Below are positions 38,401-48,188 of a stretch of DNA of 64,000 nt, piece after piece. Under the pieces are notes generated by a model, which saw only the letters and a program-made list of their open reading frames with translations, made no database searches and was not told where the DNA came from. The stretch comes from an uncultured virus (IMG/VR IMGVR_UViG_3300018421_000009) (taxonomy: Duplodnaviria; Heunggongvirae; Uroviricota; Caudoviricetes), in the IMG/VR virus record IMGVR_UViG_3300018421_000009; one strand, 5' to 3'. The translations under genes were made by a program, and so were the position numbers. Every line of letters begins with the position of its first letter. Within the stretch, counting starts at the first letter, position 1.

Positions 38401-40838
38401 TATACGACAGCACTTACAAAGCAATTAGAGCCGCACAACTTTATGTTAACAGTGTTAACGGTTCAACATTAGAAAATATGTTCTTTGTACGTAATGGTAC
38501 TGGTATTAGAAATATGACACTTAATGGACTTAATGGTACACTAGGTTCTGCTAATACATATGGTACAAAACGTCCAACAGCCGGTGCTTATGTTTCACTT
38601 GATCCAGGTTGGGGTCCTGCACACGAAGATGTATGGGTTAAGAATAAATCATGTTATGTACAAAACGTAACTAACTTTGGTAACGGATGTACAGGTCTTA
38701 AAATTGACGGCGACTTACACGCAGGCGGTAATGATTCTGTTGTTGCTAACGACTTTACACAAGTACTAAGTGATGGTATTGGTGTTTGGTGTACTAACTT
38801 AGGTAGAACAGAACTTGTTTCTGTGTTCTCATACTACGGACACATTGGATACCTAGCAGAAAACGGTGGTAAGATTCGTGCTACAAACGGTAACTCATCT
38901 TATGGTACATTTGGTTGTGTGGCAGAAGGTGTTGACGATACTGAAGTTCCAATTATTGCTTTTGCAGATAACAAAGCACAACAGGCAGTTGTTAGTAATG
39001 TACTAACTGACGGCGACAGGGTGTTAGCATTAGAATATACTAACGCTGGTAGAGAATATGACACTAACGGCGGCAATGCTGTTATTACAATTACTGGAAC
39101 AGGTTTTCAGATTGGTACTGTAACTCCAGTAACAAGAACCGCAGGTGTTATGGAAGTAAGACTTCTTAATACTAACGACGAATGGGGCGGTGCTGATTAT
39201 GTAAGTGCAGGTAACGCGGCACAGATTGGTAACGCAACAAGCATTACAATTTCAAACACTGATACAAACTCATCAGGTGCATTGGTAGGTATGGGTATTT
39301 GGCTTGTAGCAGGTTTAGGTGCAGGTCAATATGGTTACATTGACACATATAATGCAGGTACTAAACAAGCAACAATTAGAAAATATTCAGACGGTAGCCC
39401 AGGTTGGGATCATATTTTAGGTGAGCCTATTTTATCATTACTTGATAGTACAACAACATATTCAATTGAACCAAGAGTTACTTTCTCAGCACCAGTAGGT
39501 GATGGTTCAAGTACTTCAATTAGAGCATTAGGTAGAGCAAGAGTAAGCGATGGGCAAATTGTTGAAATTAAAATATTAGAACCAGGACAAGGTTATGATA
39601 ACACTGCAACAGTTACCATTACTGATCCAAACAACACAGTTGATGCTCCGTTAGAAATTAGAATTGCTGATGGTGTACTAGCACAACCTACATTTGCTGG
39701 ATCAACTAATGCAGGTAGAGGAACAGGTTATGAAACTGCATCAGCAGACATTACTGCTACAAAAATTGAAGAAACTATTACTGGAATTTCACAAGCAAGT
39801 CCAGCAAGAGTTACAATTGGTGCAGGACACAGTATTACACTTGACGGAACTAAAGTTGAAATAGCGGCAGTAACAGGAATGATTCGATTCTTTGATGCAA
39901 CTACTTTCTACGCAAAAGTTATCGACGCTAATAATATTGATTTATATAGCGATCCTCTTTTAAATGTCCCAATTGATACAACTCTTGAACCAGCATACAC
40001 TAGTGGCGGAACATTAACACACGGTGGTGGCTTTATGGACAGATATCAACCAGGAAAATATATTCAGGTTTCTGGTTTACGTGCTGTTCCAAGAGCAGGG
40101 TCAAACATTGAGTTTTCAGGACAACCAAACGTATTCTACAAATTGGTTGCAGTAACTAATTTAAGAGGTTCCGATGATGGACCATTTACAGCACAACTTC
40201 AAATTTCTCCGGAAATTCCAATTAACAATGCACCGGAGCATGAAGAAGATGCTGAAGTAAGAATTAGATATTCACAAGTACGTCTAACAGGACACGACTT
40301 CCTAGACATCGGTACTGGTGACTTTACTAATACAAACTATCCAAACTTACCATTACAGGATCCAGACCCGGATGCTGAAACTGTTGAAGGCGGTGGCGGT
40401 AGAGTATTCTACACATCAACTGACCAGGATGGTAACTTTAGGGTTGGTGGCTTGTTCAACGTTGAACAGTCCACTGGTGTTGCGACATTGAATGCTGATG
40501 CATTTAATATTTCAGGCTTGCAAGAACTATCACTAGGTAATATTGCACTTGGACAAACAGGAGCAACAATTAACGAGTTCAGCACCGACGGTACATTTGC
40601 CGCTAACAGCGACAGTATTGTACCGACACAACGAGCAATTAAAACATATATCACGTCACAGATTGGTGGTGGTGCAAGTACTCTTAACGTTAACCAAATT
40701 ATTGCTGGTCTAGTACAAATTGACGGGCAACAAATTACTACAACTACTGTAGTGCCGATTAATGTTAAGGCCCAATTCAATTTCCAAGGTGGAATAAATG
40801 GGGCACCTGTGGCGCTAAATATGTTTTTGATGGGATAA
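35415..40838 (+). CDS. Giant virion protein (1807 aa), paralog of 29133
   Basis: MAEFKL.RIRF.W.G.W start; about 8 W/YGG repeats; shared C-terminal YSQVRLTGHDFL and GGGRVFYTSTDQDGNFRVG. Confidence 0.75.
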   Translation: MAEFKLGRIRFIWKGAWTSAKQYYKDDVVRYGGRTYIVNAGHISSNTFTTDIANFDLLADGTEWKGDWALTTVYKPNDIVKYGGYLYVCNTGHTSASTEADGLELDQTKWDLFAEGFDWQGEWGVSTRYKVNDIVRYGGVMYLCTEAHTSAADLADGLELDETKWDIFANGMTWRNVWTATSRYRTGDVVRYGGQVYVCNTGHTAADTDALGLEDDQAKWDYVHKGIVYLGDWTTSTRYKINDVVKYGSDIWICTAFHTSGATLAADEANWSIFVPGLEFEDSWQNNVNYQPGDVVTYGGYSYVAITNNYGQIPFNNPTHWDLFTTGFTFRGDYDNNYAYKIGDVVRLGGWTFIALADGTGNRPPDAVYWDKLNEGLYWKGAWQNAVYYDKGDVVRGINDVNSYVCIAPHTSEQVGAGQNRPDQDIAGNFWNLLSGGAEVGNLTTLGDLVYYSGSGPTRLPVGSPGQVLKVNSAGNAPEWAYFGQLDAVYYVSPEGEDNDAPAAGVTLDKPFKTVQFGLQQIEKGARNPYATRLLRRNKAFIVAETIAWVDTQVINSSAPFTGSFTYTASNWKRDLRFLLDAVEWDLSHGGNRKVRQVAYDFFRVNSSSSYVTVDGITAEFAATLAYIKTLIDDVITQDTPATDYQTARSVSPLTLQVTDSTIVEEAAAQGIIENLIEIPRAALASNSATSTNFTVSDATYDPIEGTLEMTIGNHSLAINQKVILRDQGITFTCASDNHATPLAYPRATDPAYSTPLSIIGTTDIKITVNVGPSPETSEHLFVSALTNTVSLATGGGIPAEIVANDTLFLKTGQFTEVLPMVIPESCAVVGDELRSTRVQPAGSLIASADVPYSLAGILHMKSIVDDIILNNTVTAQSGNTVTQNTAYPAGDAAAVTKAEGVCDAIHNYIDWNLNSNGTNPTMEGQMSPNKEDGVVNAVLRLEENKDFIAEDVNRYIIATYPAYTDYISGPNAAALQASCKRDVRRYVEAIQHDIVYDSTYKAIRAAQLYVNSVNGSTLENMFFVRNGTGIRNMTLNGLNGTLGSANTYGTKRPTAGAYVSLDPGWGPAHEDVWVKNKSCYVQNVTNFGNGCTGLKIDGDLHAGGNDSVVANDFTQVLSDGIGVWCTNLGRTELVSVFSYYGHIGYLAENGGKIRATNGNSSYGTFGCVAEGVDDTEVPIIAFADNKAQQAVVSNVLTDGDRVLALEYTNAGREYDTNGGNAVITITGTGFQIGTVTPVTRTAGVMEVRLLNTNDEWGGADYVSAGNAAQIGNATSITISNTDTNSSGALVGMGIWLVAGLGAGQYGYIDTYNAGTKQATIRKYSDGSPGWDHILGEPILSLLDSTTTYSIEPRVTFSAPVGDGSSTSIRALGRARVSDGQIVEIKILEPGQGYDNTATVTITDPNNTVDAPLEIRIADGVLAQPTFAGSTNAGRGTGYETASADITATKIEETITGISQASPARVTIGAGHSITLDGTKVEIAAVTGMIRFFDATTFYAKVIDANNIDLYSDPLLNVPIDTTLEPAYTSGGTLTHGGGFMDRYQPGKYIQVSGLRAVPRAGSNIEFSGQPNVFYKLVAVTNLRGSDDGPFTAQLQISPEIPINNAPEHEEDAEVRIRYSQVRLTGHDFLDIGTGDFTNTNYPNLPLQDPDPDAETVEGGGGRVFYTSTDQDGNFRVGGLFNVEQSTGVATLNADAFNISGLQELSLGNIALGQTGATINEFSTDGTFAANSDSIVPTQRAIKTYITSQIGGGASTLNVNQIIAGLVQIDGQQITTTTVVPINVKAQFNFQGGINGAPVALNMFLMG

Positions 40839-40851
40839 AGGAGAAAAACAA

Positions 40852-41169
40852 ATGGCAACTGGAAGACTAGGAGCAAGTGATTTAACAGCGGCTTCTAATA
40901 CCACCGTATATACAGTGCCAACTGACAATTACGCAGTTGTTACATTATCGGTGTGTAATAGAGGTAATCAAGCAATAAGTGTGCGTGTAGCAGTAGCATC
41001 TGCAGATACGCCAATTGCCGCTGAATGGATCGAGTGGGAGACAGAAGTTCTCGCACACGGTGTTTTAGAAAGATCAGGTATCGTAATGGATGCCGGCAAG
41101 AAATTGGTTGTAAGATCAAGTTCTGCGAACGTAAGTGCAGTCGCGTTCGGTATTGAGACTGCGGCATAA
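40852..41169 (+). CDS. Small beta-rich fibre adaptor protein
   Basis: VYTVP...YAVVTLSVCNR...LERSGIVM..G. Confidence 0.7.
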   Translation: MATGRLGASDLTAASNTTVYTVPTDNYAVVTLSVCNRGNQAISVRVAVASADTPIAAEWIEWETEVLAHGVLERSGIVMDAGKKLVVRSSSANVSAVAFGIETAA

Positions 41170-41191
41170 ATACATATAGAAGGATAACACA

Positions 41192-41518
41192 ATGGGAAGA
41201 TATATTACTACAACTGGAACCGCTGGTACTGTACTCAGAACCGTTGGGTCGAGTTACACGGCTGAAGTTAATGATAGAATTTTGTGTACATCGGGTGGTA
41301 TCACTATTACCCTACCAATTAGTACAAGTTTGTTGGAAAATGACACAGTTCAGATCATTGATGCAACAGGTGCGTTTAGTTCGTCTAACGTAACAGTAGC
41401 ACGTAACGGTGCGAAAATCCAGAATTTAAACGAGAATTTAACACTAGATATTAACAACTCAGCAGTTACATTAGTTTACACAGGTGCAACATACGGTTGG
41501 ATTATTAGTGGTACATAA
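41192..41518 (+). CDS. Small fibre protein (T4 gp34 proximal-repeat-like)
   Basis: ITITLP......D.VQIIDA.G.F...NVTVARNG..I......LTLD......TLVY.....GW. Confidence 0.65.
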   Translation: MGRYITTTGTAGTVLRTVGSSYTAEVNDRILCTSGGITITLPISTSLLENDTVQIIDATGAFSSSNVTVARNGAKIQNLNENLTLDINNSAVTLVYTGATYGWIISGT

Positions 41519-41536
41519 GATAAGGTAGAAATAGCA

Positions 41537-42268
41537 ATGGCGACACTTAGAAGTTTACTATCAGATGTAGAACCAGCAAAGTCAGGTGTTCAACGTCAAT
41601 TCTGGGTGTGGAACGATAACACAGGCATTGGCAACGGTGGTAGATGCTGTTTGTGGACTGTTCCATCAAACACAGTTAACGTAACATTTGAACTTTGGGG
41701 TGGCGGCGGTGGCGGCCATGGTGGTTGTTGCTGTCAGTTTCCGAATAGACCGGCGGCTGGTGGTTCGTATGCTATTAGAACAGTTCAATCTCAAACAGGA
41801 TGTCAATACACAATCTGTGCAGGCGGTTCAACAGTATGTTGCTGTTTCGGATGTATTGGCGGAAACGGATATCCAAGTTTCGTAACAGGATCTGGTATTC
41901 CAACTACTTGTGCGCCAGGTGGATGTGCAGGTAAGGCTTGTTGTTTCACAGACGCATACACTTGTCACCCAAGTTTTGTATGGCAATGTGGTACAGGAGA
42001 TTGGGGACTTCCACAAATTACAGGAAGTGCAAAAAGAAGTCAATATTGTCACAATCAAATGTGGTCATTCACTACTGGTCCGGCAATGTTTGGCGTTTCA
42101 AGAAGAGGAAAAGACTGGTGTGCTGGTAACTTTACCAACACTGGTGCCTGCTTTGGTTGTTTAGCGGCTTTCCCAGGAGGCGGTGGACCAGGCGGAGCGG
42201 CCTGCGGAGAACCTTGCTGTTGGGGCGGCTGGGGACAAGCAGGAGCGGTAAAAGTTAGTTATAGTTAA
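41537..42268 (+). CDS. Cys-rich glycine-rich-domain fibre tip/adhesin, paralog 1
   Basis: WTVP....FELWGGGG.G..GCCC..GGSY...YTICAGG; 24 Cys in 243 aa. Confidence 0.7.
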   Translation: MATLRSLLSDVEPAKSGVQRQFWVWNDNTGIGNGGRCCLWTVPSNTVNVTFELWGGGGGGHGGCCCQFPNRPAAGGSYAIRTVQSQTGCQYTICAGGSTVCCCFGCIGGNGYPSFVTGSGIPTTCAPGGCAGKACCFTDAYTCHPSFVWQCGTGDWGLPQITGSAKRSQYCHNQMWSFTTGPAMFGVSRRGKDWCAGNFTNTGACFGCLAAFPGGGGPGGAACGEPCCWGGWGQAGAVKVSYS

Positions 42269-42289
42269 TAAGGAATGGAGAAATAGAAT

Positions 42290-43003
42290 ATGCCTAGCAA
42301 TACAATTATTACAAAGACATTTACATATGATCTTCCTGATGACTATCTAGCCCAGACAAATGCAGATGGTAAAACCGCTACTGCCAATTACGAAGGGCCA
42401 GATAAGATTTGGGTATTCATTAACAGAGATACTGGACGTTCAGATACATCAAGACTAGTATTAACTGAAGAAGAAAATGGTGCAGATTTTCCTGTACCAG
42501 AAGATCAATTTAAAGTCGAAATTAACTGCGACACTGATCCTATGCTTTGCTCATTATTTGATGCAAAAGTTGAATGGGATACTGTTGTAGGACAAACAAA
42601 CATTGTTGTTAATCTTCCAGATGGAACAACATACGAAAGACCAGATCCAACAGATGTTGATCACACTTATGAATTAGATGAGTGTGCATACAATATGGAC
42701 GGTACAATTAGCGAAGACGGTACAACTTATACAGGCGGTACTTGGACAATGCAATGGAAGCAACCATGGACTTCATGGGAACAGTTGATTATTGTAAGAA
42801 ACAATGGTCTTACTGCTTCAGATTCTAAAATTGCAGACGATATGCCAGCGGCAGTTAAGCAAAAATGGCTTGACTATAGACAGGCATTACGCGATTTACC
42901 AGCAACATTTGGTTATGGAACTGAAAATGAAATTCCGGCCTATATGGTAAACTTTCCAGTAGAACCGGGTGCTAATATTTTACAAGTAGAGGACGACGAA
43001 TAA
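42290..43003 (+). CDS. Tail fibre assembly chaperone-like protein
   Basis: C-terminal W......RN..L..SD.....DMP......W..YRQALRDLP; paralog of 44494. Confidence 0.75.
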   Translation: MPSNTIITKTFTYDLPDDYLAQTNADGKTATANYEGPDKIWVFINRDTGRSDTSRLVLTEEENGADFPVPEDQFKVEINCDTDPMLCSLFDAKVEWDTVVGQTNIVVNLPDGTTYERPDPTDVDHTYELDECAYNMDGTISEDGTTYTGGTWTMQWKQPWTSWEQLIIVRNNGLTASDSKIADDMPAAVKQKWLDYRQALRDLPATFGYGTENEIPAYMVNFPVEPGANILQVEDDE

Positions 43004-43004
43004 G

Positions 43005-43745
43005 ATGTCTAGTTTAAGAACCTTGCTACAATACGGAACTTCATCAAGCGGCTCTACACCATTGAGAAGTTTACGTGTATACAATACAAATATTACTTCT
43101 GTAAATAATGGTGGACGATGCTGTCAATGGACAGTTCCAGCAGGCGCTACTTGGGCGGCATTTGAAGTTTGGGGCGGCGGTGGTGCCGGCGCAGGCGGAT
43201 GCTGTTGTCAACAAGGTTGGGCAGGCGGCTCAGGTTCTTATGGTAGACGAATTATTGAAGTAACACCAAGCGACCAATTTACAATTTGTGCAGGTGGTAC
43301 AACCTGTTGTCACTCAACGTGTTACGGTTGTAGAGGATTTCCAAGTTGGGTATGTGGACCGGGTGGTTTTTGTATGTGTTCATCAGGTGGTGCAGAACCA
43401 GCAACAAAATGTTTCTTCAGTCAAAACTGTTCGTACAGTGGATGTCAGATGTTCAACTGCGGATGTGTTAACGGTGCTACACTAGCAATTTGTGGTACAA
43501 CAGGTGGCGGACATGGATCTGCTCACTGTGCTTCAGATATGCACCAGTTTATTCCAAGTGCACCATTTACGGGTGTAACAAGAATGTCACGTTCAGGTTG
43601 TTATAGATCATCTGGTCAGGATCAAGGGGATCATGGTGTATTCCCAGGAGGCGGTGGTGCATCAACAACTACACACAACGAAGTATGTTATTGCGGAGCA
43701 AAAGGAATGGGCGGACTAGTAACAGTATACTATACGTCAACATAA
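43005..43745 (+). CDS. Cys-rich glycine-rich-domain fibre tip/adhesin, paralog 2
   Basis: NGGRCC.WTVPAG..FEVWGGGG..GGCCCQ; 23 Cys in 246 aa. Confidence 0.7.
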   Translation: MSSLRTLLQYGTSSSGSTPLRSLRVYNTNITSVNNGGRCCQWTVPAGATWAAFEVWGGGGAGAGGCCCQQGWAGGSGSYGRRIIEVTPSDQFTICAGGTTCCHSTCYGCRGFPSWVCGPGGFCMCSSGGAEPATKCFFSQNCSYSGCQMFNCGCVNGATLAICGTTGGGHGSAHCASDMHQFIPSAPFTGVTRMSRSGCYRSSGQDQGDHGVFPGGGGASTTTHNEVCYCGAKGMGGLVTVYYTST

Positions 43746-43760
43746 GGAGTAAATAGTAGT

Positions 43761-44483
43761 ATGTCAACTTTAAGAGATTTTTTATTCGGATACGACGACC
43801 CTAAAGCAATTCCTACTGAATTTGCTGTATACAATACAAGTACTACTTCTCCAAATAATGGTGGTAGATGTTGTTTGTGGACAGTTCCAGCAGGTATAGC
43901 ATACGCAGTATTTGAAATTTGGGGCGGCGGCGCCGCTGGCGATGGCGGATGTTGTTGCCAAATGGGATATCCATCAACTGGTGGATCCTATGGACAAAAA
44001 GCATTAGACGTTACACCAGGTGAGCAATTTACAATTTGTGCGGCTGGTTCAACGTGTTGTAGACAAAAAGGAAACTGTCAACTAGGTTACGACTCATACG
44101 TTTGTAAAAGCGGAAACTGGTGTGCTAGAGCGTGTGGCGGACGAGTTATGCGTACAGAATGTTTTATGTACAGAACTTGTTATTCATGTTGTAGAATGAG
44201 ATATTGTGTTCACGGACACAGTGGTATGGACTTTGGTATTGGTTCAACTAACTCAACTGCACAATTAAGTCAATACTGTCACGATAGAGGTAACATGATG
44301 ATTGCTGACTCTTACGGACGTGGCGGGTTTAGAAACGGACCAAACGGCTGTTGCGAATGGGGCGGATCACAAGGATTTGGTTTATTCCCAGGCGGTGGCG
44401 GTATGTCAGCACAAGCATACGGTGAAGTATGTTGTTGTGGATCACCAGGTGCTGGCGGATTAGTATATGTAGTTTACTACTAA
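43761..44483 (+). CDS. Cys-rich glycine-rich-domain fibre tip/adhesin, paralog 3
   Basis: Same framework; 23 Cys in 240 aa. Confidence 0.7.
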   Translation: MSTLRDFLFGYDDPKAIPTEFAVYNTSTTSPNNGGRCCLWTVPAGIAYAVFEIWGGGAAGDGGCCCQMGYPSTGGSYGQKALDVTPGEQFTICAAGSTCCRQKGNCQLGYDSYVCKSGNWCARACGGRVMRTECFMYRTCYSCCRMRYCVHGHSGMDFGIGSTNSTAQLSQYCHDRGNMMIADSYGRGGFRNGPNGCCEWGGSQGFGLFPGGGGMSAQAYGEVCCCGSPGAGGLVYVVYY

Positions 44484-44493
44484 GAGGAAAACG

Positions 44494-45456
44494 ATGACAA
44501 TTATTAGAAAACAATTTAACTATCCTAAGCCCGACGAATATTTGGGTCAGTTTGATAATAATCAATTGATGGGAAGTCATGTTTATGAAGGCCCAGAAAC
44601 TATGTGGGTATTTGTAGATAATGCCACAAATAAAATTGCACCTATGGCACATATGGACGAAGAAGAAGGCATGGAGTTTACTCCTCCAACAGGAGTAAGA
44701 AAAGTTTTTGTTGACTGTAATGAAAATCCAATTATTTGTTCGCTTATGGAATGCGATTGCGATGACGAAGAACACGAACTAGTTTCAGAAGAATTACCAA
44801 ACGGTGTAACATACTTAACATACAAGGATCCACCACCAGATCATACTTACGAAAAGTTTGATATTGAATGTAACTCAAACAACGAGTGGGTAAAAGTACC
44901 AAGTTCAAGTAAAGGTGGACAACCGCATTATCCTTGGAAACAACCACACGTTAAATGGCCACATTTACGTAGACATAGAACTTCACTATTAGGTTGGAGC
45001 GACGATAAAACAAATCCAGATATGCCAGCAAGTCTACAAACAGCATGGGCAGAATATCGTCAAGCACTAAGAGATATGCCAGTATCATACGGTGACAGTT
45101 TTGATGTTGAAATTACTACTGCTGGTACAGGTTATGAAGTTGGTGACAAAATTAAATTTGCAAACGCAGATTTAGAAGAATGGATTGTTGCTGATGAATT
45201 AGTTGCTACTGTAAAAACAGTTGGTACTAGTGGTGAAATTACAGCATTAACACTAAGTGGTAACCAAGCAATTAATGACGGTCAAGACATTGTTGTAGGT
45301 AGAGAAGCAAAAGAATTTGCTAATCCTACATACACATATGAAGCAGTTGCAGACGGCGCAAACGCTGGTGCAGATGCTACATTTAGAGTACATAAGTGTC
45401 AACGTTATGCGGCTTGGAAGGTAGACGTTCCACGTTCACCTTGCGGTACTGCGTAA
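44494..45456 (+). CDS. Tail fibre assembly chaperone-like protein with extra C-terminal beta domain
   Basis: YEGPE..WVF, PDHTYE, R..LL..SD......DMP......W..YRQALRDMP, then AGTGY.VGD domain. Confidence 0.72.
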   Translation: MTIIRKQFNYPKPDEYLGQFDNNQLMGSHVYEGPETMWVFVDNATNKIAPMAHMDEEEGMEFTPPTGVRKVFVDCNENPIICSLMECDCDDEEHELVSEELPNGVTYLTYKDPPPDHTYEKFDIECNSNNEWVKVPSSSKGGQPHYPWKQPHVKWPHLRRHRTSLLGWSDDKTNPDMPASLQTAWAEYRQALRDMPVSYGDSFDVEITTAGTGYEVGDKIKFANADLEEWIVADELVATVKTVGTSGEITALTLSGNQAINDGQDIVVGREAKEFANPTYTYEAVADGANAGADATFRVHKCQRYAAWKVDVPRSPCGTA

Positions 45457-45500
45457 TCCAAATCTAAACTATCTAAGCACCCCCAAACTTAAATAATTGC

Positions 45501-46334
45501 ATGAGCAATAAAGTTAGGTTTGCGGGTGCTCAAATCCCCGTAACACAAAGTCTAGAAGAAAATAAGAAAAGCATTTTAAAGGCTATTGACTGGGCCGCAG
45601 AGAATAACTGCGACTGGCTTCTTACACCAGAAGGATCACTAACTGGTTACTTTCCTAGTTTTGATTTAGAATTAACTAATGGTCAAACAGACATCTCCAA
45701 AGCAACGTTTGAAGTAGTAAGTTATGCTAACAAAAAAGGTATGGGTATTGCTCTTGGTACTTTATGGGTTGATGTTGAACATCGAGGAATGATTAGACGC
45801 AATCAAATAAGATACTACGATAAACAAGGACAACTGTTAGGTACAACAAATAAACAGTATATTGTAGGTGGTGAAGACTCGCCACACCATAGTTGGGATC
45901 AAGTTTTAGCAGATCCTCCAGGTACAACAAAAACACACTATTTAGACGGTGTAAGAACTTGCGGAATGATTTGTAATGATTTTTGGGGAAATGGTTTTAG
46001 ATTTAATGCCCCGAGTTTACCATTATTGGCAAGTATTCATCAAGTAGAAGTTATATTACATAGTACTAATGGTGACAGAGGAAATGATGCCGACGAACTA
46101 TGGATGGAATGGCATGATATACATCTAAGAATGATGAGTCATACATATGGTATTCCTATTATTACTGTAGATAGTTGCTGTGATAAATTTGGTAACAATA
46201 GAGAACTACCTACAAGCAGTCCTAGCGGAGTTTTATTAAACGGTAAGTGGGCCGTACAAGTTCCACGTACAGGACAACAGCATTTCTATTGGGACTATGT
46301 CAGACCTACGCCTAATGAAATGCCACACGAATAA
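45501..46334 (+). CDS. Carbon-nitrogen hydrolase (nitrilase superfamily)
   Basis: Glu-Lys-Cys triad: LTPEG.LTGY, NKQY, GMICNDFW. Confidence 0.88.
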   Translation: MSNKVRFAGAQIPVTQSLEENKKSILKAIDWAAENNCDWLLTPEGSLTGYFPSFDLELTNGQTDISKATFEVVSYANKKGMGIALGTLWVDVEHRGMIRRNQIRYYDKQGQLLGTTNKQYIVGGEDSPHHSWDQVLADPPGTTKTHYLDGVRTCGMICNDFWGNGFRFNAPSLPLLASIHQVEVILHSTNGDRGNDADELWMEWHDIHLRMMSHTYGIPIITVDSCCDKFGNNRELPTSSPSGVLLNGKWAVQVPRTGQQHFYWDYVRPTPNEMPHE

Positions 46335-46360
46335 GTATTTGAAACAAAGGAATATAATAA

Positions 46361-47326
46361 ATGTCTAAAAGAAACACAGCCTTTTTTATTAACGGTGGAG
46401 CAGGAAGAGTTATTTCAAGTATTCCTGCGTTAGAACTATTTGCAGAAGAAAATCCAGATAACGATTTTATTTTAGTATGTGAAGGAGGTACAGAGTTTTA
46501 CAAAGGACATCCTGTACTACACAAAAAAGCATACGATGTATGGCACAAAAACTTGTTTGAAGACAAGTTAAAAGATATGGAATTAGTAACTCCAGAGCCA
46601 TATCGTATTTGGGAATATTATAATCAAAAAGGTAGTCTAGCACAGTGTTATGATATTGAAATTAATGGCAAGGGACTAAGAGAACTACCACGTCCAACCC
46701 TTAAATTAAATTCACAAGAAATGATGACTGGACAAAAACTTGTTACCGAAGTTAAAGAAAAAACTAAAAAAGACAAAGTAATTGTATTCCAACCATTTGG
46801 TAGAGGAACTATCCACGAAAATGGAATGATCATTGATCCAAGTGGTAGAAGTTTTGAACCTGATAATGTTGTAAACATTGTAAACAAATTAAGTAAAAAG
46901 TACGGTGTAATCTTTATGAGTGAGATTGCTATCGAGTTTAACAAACATGGTGTAGAAGAACCTATTGCTATTCCTCAGAATATTGAATTACGTTACTGGT
47001 CTGGTATTATTAATGCCGCAGATCACTTTTTAGGTTGTGATAGTGTAGGACAGCACATTGTACACGCATTAGATAAAACAGCAACAGTTGTTGTAGGTTC
47101 TACATTTAAAGAAAATATTTCTTATCCAGAAAACGAAAAGTTTGACATTCTTGATATGGGCGAAGGCGCTAGGGTATATTCACCGATTAGAATTACTATA
47201 GACGAATGGTCAGACAGAACTAACGAAGGTATCATGCATATGAATGATAAAATTGAAGATATCGTTGTTGAGTCTGTTGACAAAATGATTAAGAATGGCA
47301 AACGTGACAAAGCAAAAAAAGAGTAG
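46361..47326 (+). CDS. GT-B glycosyltransferase, GT9 (heptosyltransferase)-like
   Basis: GGAGRVI..IPAL, VIVFQPFG, IINAADHFLGCDSVGQH..HAL......VVGST. Confidence 0.7.
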   Translation: MSKRNTAFFINGGAGRVISSIPALELFAEENPDNDFILVCEGGTEFYKGHPVLHKKAYDVWHKNLFEDKLKDMELVTPEPYRIWEYYNQKGSLAQCYDIEINGKGLRELPRPTLKLNSQEMMTGQKLVTEVKEKTKKDKVIVFQPFGRGTIHENGMIIDPSGRSFEPDNVVNIVNKLSKKYGVIFMSEIAIEFNKHGVEEPIAIPQNIELRYWSGIINAADHFLGCDSVGQHIVHALDKTATVVVGSTFKENISYPENEKFDILDMGEGARVYSPIRITIDEWSDRTNEGIMHMNDKIEDIVVESVDKMIKNGKRDKAKKE

Positions 47327-48188
47327 ACTCTTTACATTTGGATGTAGTTTTACAATGTATGCGTGGCCCACGTATGCAGATTTCCTAGCACACAATTTTG
47401 ATCATTATGAAAATTGGGCGTATCCTGGTTTAGGCAATCGTGCGATTGCAGAACGTATTGCAGAGTGTCATACAAAAAATATTTTTACAGAAAATGACAC
47501 TGTGATTGTACAATGGAGTACACACATTAGGAATGATTATCATACATTTGTTCCGATGCAATTTGATCCTAATAGTTTTTTACACGTATGGTTTAGAAAA
47601 AACAATAACATAGGTTGGAAAACACAAGGCAGTATTTTTAATCCTAATAATAGACAGTTTGTATATGACGATAAATGGGTACAAACATTTTGGGACGAAC
47701 AAAGTTACCTAATGTACAGTCTAAACGATATGTTACTTACACAAGGACTATTAGAAAGCACAGGTTGTACTTGGCGTATGACTAGTATTGGAGACTTTAG
47801 TAAGATGTGTACAGACATTCCTAATGCTACAGACGAAAATATTTCAGATCAAGATAACATTTATAATAATGAAAACTTTAAAATTTACAAAGATGTACTT
47901 GAACACAAAAACTTTTTAGAACCAATTGGAACTTTTAGTTGGAAAGATCCTAGTAAAAGTTATGAGTTTGTTAGTCAGCAAGGTCCTTGGCTAGAAGTAC
48001 ACCCTAGTCACACACAACACTTAGATTATGTTAAGGAAGTACTAGCACCTAGTTTAAATTTAGAAGTTAGTAACGAAGCACTAGAGTGTAGTAGTAAAAT
48101 TGATAGTATAACTGAACGTGATTTTATTTTATTTGAAGAAGAAGTTGTAAACAAAACAAAACACACTCCTGTGTATAGGGGATTTTAA
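47295..48188 (+). CDS. SGNH/GDSL-like hydrolase or acyltransferase, copy 1
   Basis: FGCSFT (block I), GLGN (block II), VQWS, EVHPS..QH (block V). Confidence 0.6.
   Translation: MANVTKQKKSRLFTFGCSFTMYAWPTYADFLAHNFDHYENWAYPGLGNRAIAERIAECHTKNIFTENDTVIVQWSTHIRNDYHTFVPMQFDPNSFLHVWFRKNNNIGWKTQGSIFNPNNRQFVYDDKWVQTFWDEQSYLMYSLNDMLLTQGLLESTGCTWRMTSIGDFSKMCTDIPNATDENISDQDNIYNNENFKIYKDVLEHKNFLEPIGTFSWKDPSKSYEFVSQQGPWLEVHPSHTQHLDYVKEVLAPSLNLEVSNEALECSSKIDSITERDFILFEEEVVNKTKHTPVYRGF

Noticed and set aside
34730..40450. Near-identical nucleotide blocks at the 3' ends of the two giant paralogs as a possible DGR template/variable repeat
   Set aside because: Mismatches are at synonymous positions and not adenine-specific; no reverse transcriptase in the window.
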